DNA of 32,653 nucleotides, from positions 1 to 32,653 of the forward strand of contig JBGTGT010000034.1 of NCBI GenBank assembly GCA_041746575.1. Reading direction: 5' to 3'. Below are positions 1 through 8,837 of this stretch, piece after piece. Made by a program: the position numbers and the translations under genes. The first letter of the stretch is position 1. Each line of letters opens with the position of its first letter. The notes below the pieces were generated by a model. The model was not told the origin of the DNA, did no database searches, and was given only the letters and a program-made list of their open reading frames with translations. The DNA is from Microcystaceae cyanobacterium. Lineage in GTDB: Bacteria; Cyanobacteriota; Cyanobacteriia; Cyanobacteriales; Microcystaceae.

Positions 1-56
1 ACAAACTCTTGTAGTTGGGCAATCGCTTCTAACTTGAATAGCTGAGAGTCTTCCAT
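1..56 (-). CDS. 5' part of a CDS running off the left edge (MEDSQLFKLEAIAQLQEF...)
   Basis: ATG at 56-54 on the minus strand with GGAG upstream, open to the window edge; only 18 codons visible. Confidence 0.4.
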   Translation of the reverse strand, partial: MEDSQLFKLEAIAQLQEF

Positions 57-266
57 TTTTCTTTTTTCTCCAAGATGGTGAATCTTTTTTGGATTTTATC
101 ATCTCATTCTCATTTATCTAAATGATTTAGACTTGCTATATTGGACCGAAAATTTGGGTACAAGCCCCGTCCTTTAGCGTAGCGGAGAACGGCTTTTTTT
201 AGGATGAGGTTGTTAATTTAATTAATTCTGTGTTAGTATTTCGATACTGATTTAAGCAGTGTCAAA

Positions 267-1583
267 GTGTTTGTACTCGAATATAAAGTCAAGCCAAAGC
301 CATACCAAATAGAAGCCATCAATGAGACTATACGGACAGCCCAATTTGTCCGTAACAAAGTGCTTCGTTATTGGATAGACAATTCTGGAGTTGGTAAGGT
401 CGAGTTATTTCGGTACAACACGGCACTAAGAAAAGAGTTTAAATTTGTGAACGATTTAAACTCTCACGCTTGTCAAACAGCCGTTGAGAGAACGTTACGA
501 GCAATTACTCGCTTTTACGATAACTGCCGTAATAAGATTAAAGGAAAGAAAGGTTATCCCAAGTTCAAAAAACACTCTCGGTCAGTAGAATATAAAGTCT
601 CTGGCTGGAAACTATCGGAAGACAAACGCCACATAACCTTTACTGATAAAAAAGGAATAGGCAAGTTTAAACTGATAGGTTCTAGAGATATTAACTACTA
701 CCAACCTAAACAAATTAAACGGGTCAGGATTCTCAAACGTGCAGATGGATTTTACGTTCAATTCTGCCTCAAATTAGAGCCGAGAGATACCGTCAAACCT
801 TTAACTCCTTCTCAACAAGCCACAGGAATTGATGTAGGTTTAAAATTCTTCTTAGTTGATACACAAGGTAATCAAGTTGATTCGCCTAAGTATTATCGCA
901 AATCAGAAAAGAGACTTAACCGACTCAACAGAAAAAAATCCAAGAAATACCGTAAAGGTAAAAAGCGGAGCGACCCAGCGTCTTTACAAGATGCTAGGGA
1001 ACGCGCTCCAAGACAGCAATCCCGTAATTATCACAAAGCTAGACAACGATATGCCAAAAAGCATTTAAGAGTAAGCAGACAGCGAGAAGAGTTTGTCAAG
1101 AGCGTGGCACTCCGTTTAATCCAATCTAACGATTTGGTGGTTTGTGAAGACTTAAATATTCGAGGCATGGTTAAAAATCGCCGTTTAGCTAAGTCGATAA
1201 CAGATGCAGGATGGGCTACTTTTAGACGATGGTTAGAATATTTTGGGGATAAGTATAGTAAGTTAGTTATCGCAGTTCCCCCTCATAATACTAGCCAGAA
1301 TTGTTCTAATTGTGGTCAAAAAGTAGAGAAGTCGTTATCCACTCGCACTCACGTATGTCAATATTGTAATTTTGTTGAGTGTAGAGATCGCAACACTGCA
1401 TTAAACATTTTGCAGAAAAGATTAAGTATGGTGGGGCGCACCAAATCTCAACGGACAACTCAAGCGGGACGGGAAACCCGTCCCGACGTGTCCTCAGCTT
1501 TAGGAGATTTGCCCTCTAGTTTAGTTGGAGAAACCCTGCTAAATTATGGCGAGTCTGTGAATAAAGAATCTCCGTTGCTTTAG
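267..1583 (+). CDS. tnpB: RNA-guided endonuclease TnpB
   Basis: GYPKFKK motif, RuvC-I GIDVG, RuvC-II VCEDL, Zn finger CSNC/CQYC, RuvC-III RDRNTALN, C-terminal ESP overlapping the right end; GTG start. Confidence 0.95.
   Translation: MFVLEYKVKPKPYQIEAINETIRTAQFVRNKVLRYWIDNSGVGKVELFRYNTALRKEFKFVNDLNSHACQTAVERTLRAITRFYDNCRNKIKGKKGYPKFKKHSRSVEYKVSGWKLSEDKRHITFTDKKGIGKFKLIGSRDINYYQPKQIKRVRILKRADGFYVQFCLKLEPRDTVKPLTPSQQATGIDVGLKFFLVDTQGNQVDSPKYYRKSEKRLNRLNRKKSKKYRKGKKRSDPASLQDARERAPRQQSRNYHKARQRYAKKHLRVSRQREEFVKSVALRLIQSNDLVVCEDLNIRGMVKNRRLAKSITDAGWATFRRWLEYFGDKYSKLVIAVPPHNTSQNCSNCGQKVEKSLSTRTHVCQYCNFVECRDRNTALNILQKRLSMVGRTKSQRTTQAGRETRPDVSSALGDLPSSLVGETLLNYGESVNKESPLL
967..1009. repeat. small palindromic in-frame insertion in tnpB
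   Basis: Nested stems GGAGCG/CGCTCC, CCC/GGG and AGCGTCTT-TAC-AAGATGCT; encodes the atypical segment RSDPASLQDARERAP. Confidence 0.65.
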
Positions 1584-1618
1584 CACGGAGAGCGTCAAAT
1601 GAAAGTGTATCTTCAAGA
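1400..1618 (+). ncRNA. putative TnpB omegaRNA (scaffold overlapping the tnpB 3' end, guide from 1599)
   Basis: Inferred from the established IS200/IS605 architecture; the 5' end cannot be seen in the sequence and is a guess. Confidence 0.5.
1451..1496. repeat. small palindromic in-frame insertion in the tnpB 3' end
   Basis: Perfect 9-bp stem CGGGACGGG-AAA-CCCGTCCCG inside an outer GGACA/TGTCC stem; encodes RTTQAGRETRPDVSS. Confidence 0.7.
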
Positions 1619-1892
1619 CAATATTCTCTATATTCATAAAGACGATTTACCTCAATATAAAAAAGGCGGTTCAGTCGTACGGAATAGTTATTTTTGGGCT
1701 TTAAAATCTATTGCTTGTTATACTGCAAAAGAAAAAGATTGGGAATTTGATGCAGATGTTTGGATTGCCTTAAGTCGTATGTTACTTGCCTTTACAGAAT
1801 CGGGTTATTTAGGCTTTTCGGAAACGGTTTTAGAATTTGATTCAGAAAGCCCTATTCCTGCGGTTTTAAGGTCTGTTTCTACACGACTTTAA
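1599..1892 (+). CDS. conserved cyanobacterial hypothetical protein (97 aa)
   Basis: Clean ORF with protein-like composition (SVVRNSYFWALKSIA, ESGYLG). Confidence 0.8.
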   Translation: MKVYLQDNILYIHKDDLPQYKKGGSVVRNSYFWALKSIACYTAKEKDWEFDADVWIALSRMLLAFTESGYLGFSETVLEFDSESPIPAVLRSVSTRL

Positions 1893-2020
1893 AGGGTTAG
1901 GGGGTTAGGATGGGTATCTGCGAAAACGGACTGATAAAGACGTTTAACGACAGTTGGGGACATTACCGCGAACCGATACAATACAAAAATGTGATTAAAA
2001 TTACCATTGACGGATTTCCC

Positions 2021-3169
2021 ATGACTTCAACCATTCAAGACACCCATCGCCACATTCCTGCCCAATTGGATGTCCCTCCCCGCCTCCTTTTGGGGCCAGG
2101 GCCTTGTAATGCCCATCCGCGCGTTCTTTCTACCCTCAGTTTACCCCTCGTCGGACACCTTGACCCCTATTTTCTCAAACGGATGGAAGAAACCCAAACC
2201 CTGTTACGTTACGCTTGGCAAACGGACAATCAAATGACAATTCCTGTAAGCGGAACAGGTAGTGCGGCGATGGAAGCCACCCTTGCTAACACGGTGGAGC
2301 CGGGAGATGTAGTTTTAGTCGCTGTTAAAGGTTATTTTGGCAATCGTCTAGTCGATATGGCCGGTCGTTATGGGGCAGATGTCCGAACCCTCACTAAACC
2401 TTGGGGAGAAGTCTTTTCTGAAGAAGAAATCAAAACAGCCATCGAAACCCACAAACCAGCTATTTTTGCGATTGTTCACGCTGAAACCTCCACAGGCGTT
2501 CGCCAACCGTTAGAAAACCTCGGACATCTGTGTCATCAACATAATTGTTTATTCTTAGTAGATACGGTGACTAGCTTAGGGGGAGTTCCCCTATTTATTG
2601 ATGATTGGGGTATTGATTTGGCTTATAGTTGCTCTCAAAAAGGGTTAGGTTGTCCTCCCGGTATTGCCCCTTTCACGATGAGTTCTCGCGCCGTGGAAAA
2701 GTTGCAAAATCGCCAAACCCCCGTTAAGAATTGGTATTTGGATATGACTTTATTGTGTCGCTATTGGGGACAAGAACGTACTTATCATCATACCGCCCCT
2801 ATTAATATGAATTATGCCCTATGGGAAGCGTTACGTTTAGTGGCAGAAGAAGGCTTAGAACAACGGTGGCAACGTCATCAAAAGAATGCAGAATTATTAT
2901 GGCAAGGGTTAGAAGAATTAGGCTTAACTTGTCATGTTCCCCTCGAATTTCGTTTACCGACTTTAACCACCGTCCGCATTCCTGAAGGAGTAGAGGGTAA
3001 AGCCGTTTTCCTCAAGTTACTCAACACTTATAATATTGAAATTGGCAACGGTTTAGGGGCATTGGCGGGCAAAGTTTGGCGCATTGGTTTAATGGGTTTC
3101 AATAGTCGCCCTGAAAATGTGCTGCTATTACTCGGAGCGTTAGAAAAAGTCTTAAAAGACTATCGTTAA
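2021..3169 (+). CDS. alanine-glyoxylate / serine-pyruvate aminotransferase (class V PLP enzyme)
   Basis: LLGPGP, SGTGSAAME, VHAETSTG, VDTVTSLGG, SCSQK (PLP lysine), YHHTAP; start placed at ATG 2021 rather than 1910. Confidence 0.93.
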   Translation: MTSTIQDTHRHIPAQLDVPPRLLLGPGPCNAHPRVLSTLSLPLVGHLDPYFLKRMEETQTLLRYAWQTDNQMTIPVSGTGSAAMEATLANTVEPGDVVLVAVKGYFGNRLVDMAGRYGADVRTLTKPWGEVFSEEEIKTAIETHKPAIFAIVHAETSTGVRQPLENLGHLCHQHNCLFLVDTVTSLGGVPLFIDDWGIDLAYSCSQKGLGCPPGIAPFTMSSRAVEKLQNRQTPVKNWYLDMTLLCRYWGQERTYHHTAPINMNYALWEALRLVAEEGLEQRWQRHQKNAELLWQGLEELGLTCHVPLEFRLPTLTTVRIPEGVEGKAVFLKLLNTYNIEIGNGLGALAGKVWRIGLMGFNSRPENVLLLLGALEKVLKDYR

Positions 3170-3202
3170 GATTCGCGCAAAAGTCGCTATCATCATAAAA
3201 AA

Positions 3203-3236
3203 GTTAGGGAGCGATTTTAAAGTCATCTTCCCTAAC
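3203..3236. terminator. hairpin between convergent genes
   Basis: GTTAGGGA...TCCCTAAC inverted repeat preceded by an A-run (U-tail for sigB). Confidence 0.55.
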
Positions 3237-3275
3237 GATAATCATAAATATGGAATTGAAGAAATTAACCCAATG

Positions 3276-4268
3276 CTAACTTGCGGCCATATATTCCTTG
3301 ACGTTATTACGTCTTCTGCGTAAGTGAGCTAACGCTTGATGTTCGAGCTGACGGACTCGCTCGCGGCTAATATTCATTCTTTGCCCGATTTTCGCCAAGG
3401 AAAGTTCTTTTCCATCTTCTAGACCAAATCGTAGGGTTAATACTTTACGTTGTTGCTCGGTTAGCTCAGACATCAGGGTTTGTAAGTCCTGCTTTAGCAA
3501 CTCTTGGGTAATGAAATGATCGGGCGAAACGCCTTGATCTTCCAATAGTTCGGATAATTCCGTATCCTGATTATCCCCCACTCGCACATCCAAAGAGATC
3601 GGCTGACGCGCCACACTGAGATATTCCCGAATTTGGGACGGCTCTAGCTCAAGGGTTTCGGCAATTTCGGCAGGGGTTGCACTACGTCCCAGTTTTTGCG
3701 CCAATTCTCGCTGGGTTTTCTTAATTTTATTGAGTTTTTCGGTAATATGAATAGGCAAACGGATCGTACGAGCTTGCTGAGCGATCGCGCGGGTGATGGC
3801 TTGACGAATCCACCAGTAAGCATAGGTCGAAAATTTGTACCCTTTGGTCGGATCAAATTTTTCTACGCCTCGTTCTAACCCTAAGCTTCCTTCTTGAATC
3901 AAGTCAAGAAATTCCATGTTGCGTTTTTGGTATTTTTTGGCAATTGCTACCACTAAACGCAGGTTCGCCTCGATCATTTTCTGTTTAGCGCGATTTCCCA
4001 ACTTGAGGGCTTTTTGCAGTTCTTCTTCCTTCAGTTGGACGGTCGTCGCCCACTCAGCTAAATGAGGATCTCTTCCCAATTCTTGCGCTAGGTTTTCTTT
4101 TTTTTCGAGAAGACTCATCATTTTTTGGACTTGTTTCCCAAAGACAATCTCTTGCTCATGGGTTAGCAGGGGAACTCGCCCGATTTCATGCAGATAAGTC
4201 CGTACCATATCAGCAGAGTAGGTCGGCGGTTTGGTTTTGGTTTTGGCATTGACGTTGGCAGTGGGCAT
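3276..4268 (-). CDS. sigB: group 2 RNA polymerase sigma factor SigB
   Basis: Sigma70 regions (ANLRLVVAIAKKY, DLIQEG, YKFSTYAYWWIRQAITR, SRERVRQ); MPTAN...ADMVRTYLHEIGRVPLLTHEQE N-terminus recalled as SigB-type; start placed at ATG 4268. Confidence 0.88.
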   Translation of the reverse strand: MPTANVNAKTKTKPPTYSADMVRTYLHEIGRVPLLTHEQEIVFGKQVQKMMSLLEKKENLAQELGRDPHLAEWATTVQLKEEELQKALKLGNRAKQKMIEANLRLVVAIAKKYQKRNMEFLDLIQEGSLGLERGVEKFDPTKGYKFSTYAYWWIRQAITRAIAQQARTIRLPIHITEKLNKIKKTQRELAQKLGRSATPAEIAETLELEPSQIREYLSVARQPISLDVRVGDNQDTELSELLEDQGVSPDHFITQELLKQDLQTLMSELTEQQRKVLTLRFGLEDGKELSLAKIGQRMNISRERVRQLEHQALAHLRRRRNNVKEYMAAS

Positions 4269-4796
4269 GGGTGCTTTCTCGACTCCTTTCGGCAAACGGA
4301 ACGTCTCTCGGTATCTCTATACTTCCCAAAAAAGGTTAAGAGATATACAGGTAGCAAGGGATTCGTTTCAACACGAAGTCATTATGAGTTTACTTATCTC
4401 TAGGTTAACGTATTCTTTGAGACGATAACAACCTTCAAAAAGTTCACTTTTCCCAACAAAGGAAATCCGTTGCGAGGTAAGGGATTGAAGGGCTATAGCG
4501 ACGCTGAGGTTTAGAAAACGCTCTGAATATACTTTCATCATGACTCAAAATTGTCTAAGATGAAAGGTTAGTAAACAGGGCAATCTCCGAACCCCCAAGG
4601 TGAGAGAATACGAAATCGAGGGGCTAATCTGGCGTTTCGACAGAAAATTTTTGGAGCGAACGCTCGTTCTCAAAATGGGGTTTAATTTTTATCATAAGCA
4701 GTACTAATTTTTATCATCAACATTTCTCTAACGGCAGAAACAAGACACAATCATTAAGAAATGTTAAGATCAACGCCAGAGTAACCTATTAAGGAC

Positions 4797-5552
4797 ATGA
4801 CAGCGATTGTGTTTGGTAGTCTTCCCTTCCCCAGCCAAAGTGGCGACCAACTGGTTAGCAAAGCCGTTACCACCGCTATTGCAGCCCTATTCAAGCGTAC
4901 AGAGAAGCTAGAAGCCACCGTAAAGGCCGAACCGGTTGCCAAATTATTGCAAGGCAGTGTCGATGGGTTTGATCTCATCGGCCAAGGAATGCTAATGTAC
5001 AACGGTTTGCGCATTGAAGCGATGGAATTGTATTTGCAGGCCGTTTCCCTTGATTTTGGGGCAATTTTTAGCGGTCAGATTAAATTACGGCAACCGACGC
5101 AAGCCTCCATGCGGGTGGCATTAACAGAAGAGGATTTAACCAATTCTTTTAATACTCCGTTTGTGGTAGAGAAATTGCAACAACTTCAGTACGAAGGGGT
5201 ATCTTTACGGTGCAACAATACGAAAATGCTTATTCATGAGGATCAATCTTTGCAAATTCAATCCATAGTCTGTCTAGGGGAACAATCTGACGAGATTGCT
5301 CTGGATATTACGGCACAATTACAGGTAGAGGAACGTCGTAAGTTACAATTTGTCAATGCGGTTTATCAAGGGACAGAAGAAGCACAGAATTTAGGGAAAG
5401 CGTTGATTGATCATGTGAATCGATTGCTCGATCTCGATAAATTTGCCCTTGAGGGAACGCAATTACGGGTCGATCAGGCTCGAATCCGTAAAAAACAGTT
5501 GATTTTCTATGGAATTGCTCAAATCAATCAATTTCCCAACCGTAAAAAATAA
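4797..5552 (+). CDS. DUF2993 / LmeA-like lipid-binding protein
   Basis: KLLQGSVDGF, LRQPTQASMRVALTEEDLTNSFN motif typical of cyanobacterial DUF2993. Confidence 0.75.
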   Translation: MTAIVFGSLPFPSQSGDQLVSKAVTTAIAALFKRTEKLEATVKAEPVAKLLQGSVDGFDLIGQGMLMYNGLRIEAMELYLQAVSLDFGAIFSGQIKLRQPTQASMRVALTEEDLTNSFNTPFVVEKLQQLQYEGVSLRCNNTKMLIHEDQSLQIQSIVCLGEQSDEIALDITAQLQVEERRKLQFVNAVYQGTEEAQNLGKALIDHVNRLLDLDKFALEGTQLRVDQARIRKKQLIFYGIAQINQFPNRKK

Positions 5553-5564
5553 GCTCCCAAAACG

Positions 5565-6764
5565 ATGATAAAGCTAAGTCTGTGTATGATCGTCAAAAAT
5601 GAAGAAGCCCGTCTTCCAACTTGTTTAGAAAGCGTAAAAGATGGGGTGGATGAGATGGTCGTGTTAGATACGGGATCAAGCGATAAAACCATTGAAATTG
5701 CTCAACAATTGGGGGCAAAGGTTTTTTCCCTAGATTGGCCTAATGACTTTGCAGTAGCTCGTAATGAAGCGTTAAAGTATGTGCAGGGAGAATGGATTTT
5801 GGTATTAGATGCAGATGAGGTTTTAAACCCTAATATTCTGCCAAAAATGAAAACAGCGATTGAGGATAAAGACACCCTAGTCGTGAATTTAATTCGTCGG
5901 GAGGTGGGGGCTATTCAGTCTCCTTATTCTTTAGTTTCTCGTTTATTTCGTCGTCATCCTCAGCTTTATTTTTCTCGTCCTTATCATGCGATTATTGATG
6001 ATTCTGTTAAAGAATTATTGAAGGTAGAATCTCACTGGAAAATTGTCGATTTACCCCAAATTGCCCTGCTTCATTATGGTTACCAAGCACAAGCCATTAC
6101 TGCGCTAAATAAGATTAATCGAGCCAGAGAAGCGATGGAAAGTTATCTGCGGCAACACCCTAATGATTCTTACACTTGTAATAAATTGGGTGCATTGTAT
6201 TTACAAACCGGACAGAAAAAAGAAGGCATCAAATTACTCAAACAAGGGCTAAAACAAAATACTGCAGAGACGATGGTTTTATTTGAATTACACTATCATT
6301 TAGCGAATGCCTATCGCAGTGATAAAAATATTGCTTTAGCCGTTAAGCATTATCAAAAAGCCATTGATCAACCGATTTTGCCGAGTTTAAAATTAGGCGC
6401 ATACAATAATTTAGGCGGCTTATTTCAGTCAATTGGCGACTGGCAAAATGCCCAAAAAGTCTATGAATTCACGATTAAAATCGACCCGACTTTTGCCACA
6501 GGCTATTACAATTTAGGAATGAATTTGAAAGCACGGGGACAACTAAAATCTGCGATCGCTGCTTATCAACAGGCGATTAAACATAATCCAAATTATGCAG
6601 AAGCTTATCAAAATTTAGGGGTTGCTTTATTTAAGCTTGGAGAAATTGTCCAGAGTCAAGAAGCGTTTGAAAGAGCGATCATTTTACATGATAAAGTCAA
6701 TCCTCAAGCGGCAGAAGCATTACGCCAAGGACTAAAAGAAATTGGTTTACAAGAAGTTGGATAA
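5565..6764 (+). CDS. GT2 glycosyltransferase with C-terminal TPR repeats
   Basis: LSLCMIVKNEE, DTGSSD, WILVLDADE, HYGY; TPR repeats (AYNNLG, GYYNLG, AYQNLG). Confidence 0.92.
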   Translation: MIKLSLCMIVKNEEARLPTCLESVKDGVDEMVVLDTGSSDKTIEIAQQLGAKVFSLDWPNDFAVARNEALKYVQGEWILVLDADEVLNPNILPKMKTAIEDKDTLVVNLIRREVGAIQSPYSLVSRLFRRHPQLYFSRPYHAIIDDSVKELLKVESHWKIVDLPQIALLHYGYQAQAITALNKINRAREAMESYLRQHPNDSYTCNKLGALYLQTGQKKEGIKLLKQGLKQNTAETMVLFELHYHLANAYRSDKNIALAVKHYQKAIDQPILPSLKLGAYNNLGGLFQSIGDWQNAQKVYEFTIKIDPTFATGYYNLGMNLKARGQLKSAIAAYQQAIKHNPNYAEAYQNLGVALFKLGEIVQSQEAFERAIILHDKVNPQAAEALRQGLKEIGLQEVG

Positions 6765-6901
6765 ATTAATCAACGAGATACATTGACGTGGTATAACTGT
6801 TTAATTAATTCCTTGAATAATTAGTGTCAAATAACTTCAAGACGTTATTTTGACCTAATTAAAATAGCATAAGAAACAAAAAAATTAAAGAAAATAACCC
6901 A

Positions 6902-7726
6902 ATGATCCCACAAAAAACGACTAGATTTATTGAAAATACACAATCCCGTATCCGACGTCTCTTTCCCAGAACATTTCAAGCCTATTGTGTCGGTGCGCCT
7001 AAAACGGGTTCAACCTCTATCGTCGCAATGTTTAGTTCGTCTTATCGCTCTGCTCATGAACCCTTTCCCCGAAAAACAAATCAGTTAATTATTGATTGGT
7101 TAGACCAAAAAATTGACCGCTCTCAATTACAAAAACAATTAGTCGAACGAGATCATAAGCTTTATCTAGAATTAGAATCCGCTCATCCTTTAGGTTATAT
7201 AAGTGATATTTTAGCAGATACTTTTCCCAGAGCAAAATTTATTATTACGCTGAGAGAACCTTATTCTTGGTTAAGATCGCGCCTTAACTATCAACTTAAA
7301 GGGAAAGGCAATCCTCCTGCTTGGAAAGCCTATCGCGACTATTTCTTGGCATCACGTCACGTCAATTATGCTGAGGAAGAAAAAATATTAGAGACGCTGG
7401 GATTATGCTCCCTTGATACTTTTTTGAATCAATATGCTGATCATTATCATCGTGTTTTAACGCAAATTCCAGAACAAAGATTTCTCCTGATCAAAACTTC
7501 AGACTTAAACGCTTCTATACCAATTCTGGCTGACTTTTTAGGCATTAAACCTAATAAACTTGAGATAGCTCACCGCAAAAAAACGGGCCAAAAAATTGAA
7601 CCTCTAAAAGAAATTAATCCAGACTTTACTAACGCTAGGATATGGTATCATTGCCATGATTTAATTACTCAATATTTTCCCGAAACACTCCCCAATTATC
7701 AGTCAGTAAAGAAGCGAAGTTTTTAA
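6902..7726 (+). CDS. sulfotransferase-family protein
   Basis: 5'-PSB motif GAPKTGSTS, HEP, 3'-PB motif IITLREPYSWLRS. Confidence 0.8.
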   Translation: MIPQKTTRFIENTQSRIRRLFPRTFQAYCVGAPKTGSTSIVAMFSSSYRSAHEPFPRKTNQLIIDWLDQKIDRSQLQKQLVERDHKLYLELESAHPLGYISDILADTFPRAKFIITLREPYSWLRSRLNYQLKGKGNPPAWKAYRDYFLASRHVNYAEEEKILETLGLCSLDTFLNQYADHYHRVLTQIPEQRFLLIKTSDLNASIPILADFLGIKPNKLEIAHRKKTGQKIEPLKEINPDFTNARIWYHCHDLITQYFPETLPNYQSVKKRSF

Positions 7727-7729
7727 GAG

Positions 7730-8587
7730 ATGATGTCATTTTATTTAGGTTGTGCAGTTTGGTCTTATGGAAGATGGGTGGGAGCACTTTATCCCCCCAA
7801 AACACCGTCGAAGGACTTTTTAAAACTTTATAGTCAGCGTCTGACGACGGTTGAAGGAAATACGACTTTTTATGCAGTTCCTTCTGAAGAAACGATTCAA
7901 CGTTGGCGCAATCAAACCTCTTCTTATTTCCGATTTTGTCTCAAATTTCCGAAAATTATTAGCCATCGAGGGTTATTATTACCCCAATTACCAGAAGCGA
8001 TCGCTTTTCTAGAACGGGTGAAGGGGTTAAATTCTCGTTTGGGGGCTGTTTTTGCTCAATTGCCACCGAAATATAGCCCTGATTATTGGGATGATTTACG
8101 CTTTTTTTTAGAAAGTGTAGCCAATTCTTCAATTTGTTTGGCGTTAGAAGTTCGTCATTTAGATTGGTTTAGCGAACCCTATCAATCGCAATTAAATGAA
8201 TTTTTGACAGCTTTAAATATCGCCTGTGTGTTATTAGATACGCGTCCGATTTATAATTGTCCTGATGATCCCCAAATTACCTCAGAAAGACGCAAACCGA
8301 ATGTTCCTTTAATCTATAAAACAACCGCTAATTTTACCCTTATTCGTTTTATTAGTCATCCTCAACAACAATGGAATGAAAAGTATTTACAAGAATGGGT
8401 TAATTCAATCAATCAATGGATAAATCAGGGGGTGACGGTTTATTTTTTTGTGCATTGTCCTATTGAAGATTATTCTCCTTTAACAGCGCGTTATTTTCAA
8501 CAGATCTTAGAAAAGCAGAAAGTCAATATCCCTCCTTTACCTTGGAATCAATTACCGAATAATCCCCAACAATTAAGTTTATTTTAG
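7730..8587 (+). CDS. DUF72 (YecE-like) protein
   Basis: GCAVWSY, VEGNTTFYA, FCLKFP, QLPP, LEVRH, YFFVH; ends in QLSLF. Confidence 0.9.
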   Translation: MMSFYLGCAVWSYGRWVGALYPPKTPSKDFLKLYSQRLTTVEGNTTFYAVPSEETIQRWRNQTSSYFRFCLKFPKIISHRGLLLPQLPEAIAFLERVKGLNSRLGAVFAQLPPKYSPDYWDDLRFFLESVANSSICLALEVRHLDWFSEPYQSQLNEFLTALNIACVLLDTRPIYNCPDDPQITSERRKPNVPLIYKTTANFTLIRFISHPQQQWNEKYLQEWVNSINQWINQGVTVYFFVHCPIEDYSPLTARYFQQILEKQKVNIPPLPWNQLPNNPQQLSLF

Positions 8588-8837
8588 GTAGAGAATTGTC
8601 TGCTCTTCTAGAACATAATGTGATAAATTTACATTTTTTTGAGTATAATTAATGAACATAGGTCTATCTTCTTATTCCTTTACGTTCTTACCTTTTCACG
8701 GTCATCCCTAACCCCCCTCAAGCAAAATTAATATTACCTTAACGCGTCGAAAAGAATAAAACTGTGTAAAGTATATATACATCACTTCCTATTTGGATGC
8801 GTTGTCGTTTATTTAATAAGATTGGTAAAGGAAAGGA

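Larger units (their letters stand above)
147..1598 (+). mobile_element. IS200/IS605-family element, tnpB only (IS1341-like, non-autonomous)
   Basis: Left-end-like motif TTGGGTACAAGCCCCGTCCTTTAG...AACGGCTTTT (154-197); tnpB; right-end hairpin CTCCG-TTGC-TTTA-GCA-CGGAG (1570-1590) ending in GTCAA at 1598; no tnpA. The left boundary is approximate. Confidence 0.85.

Noticed and set aside
8766..8780. NtcA-like site upstream of glgB
   Set aside because: Spacing is GTA-N9-TAC, not N8
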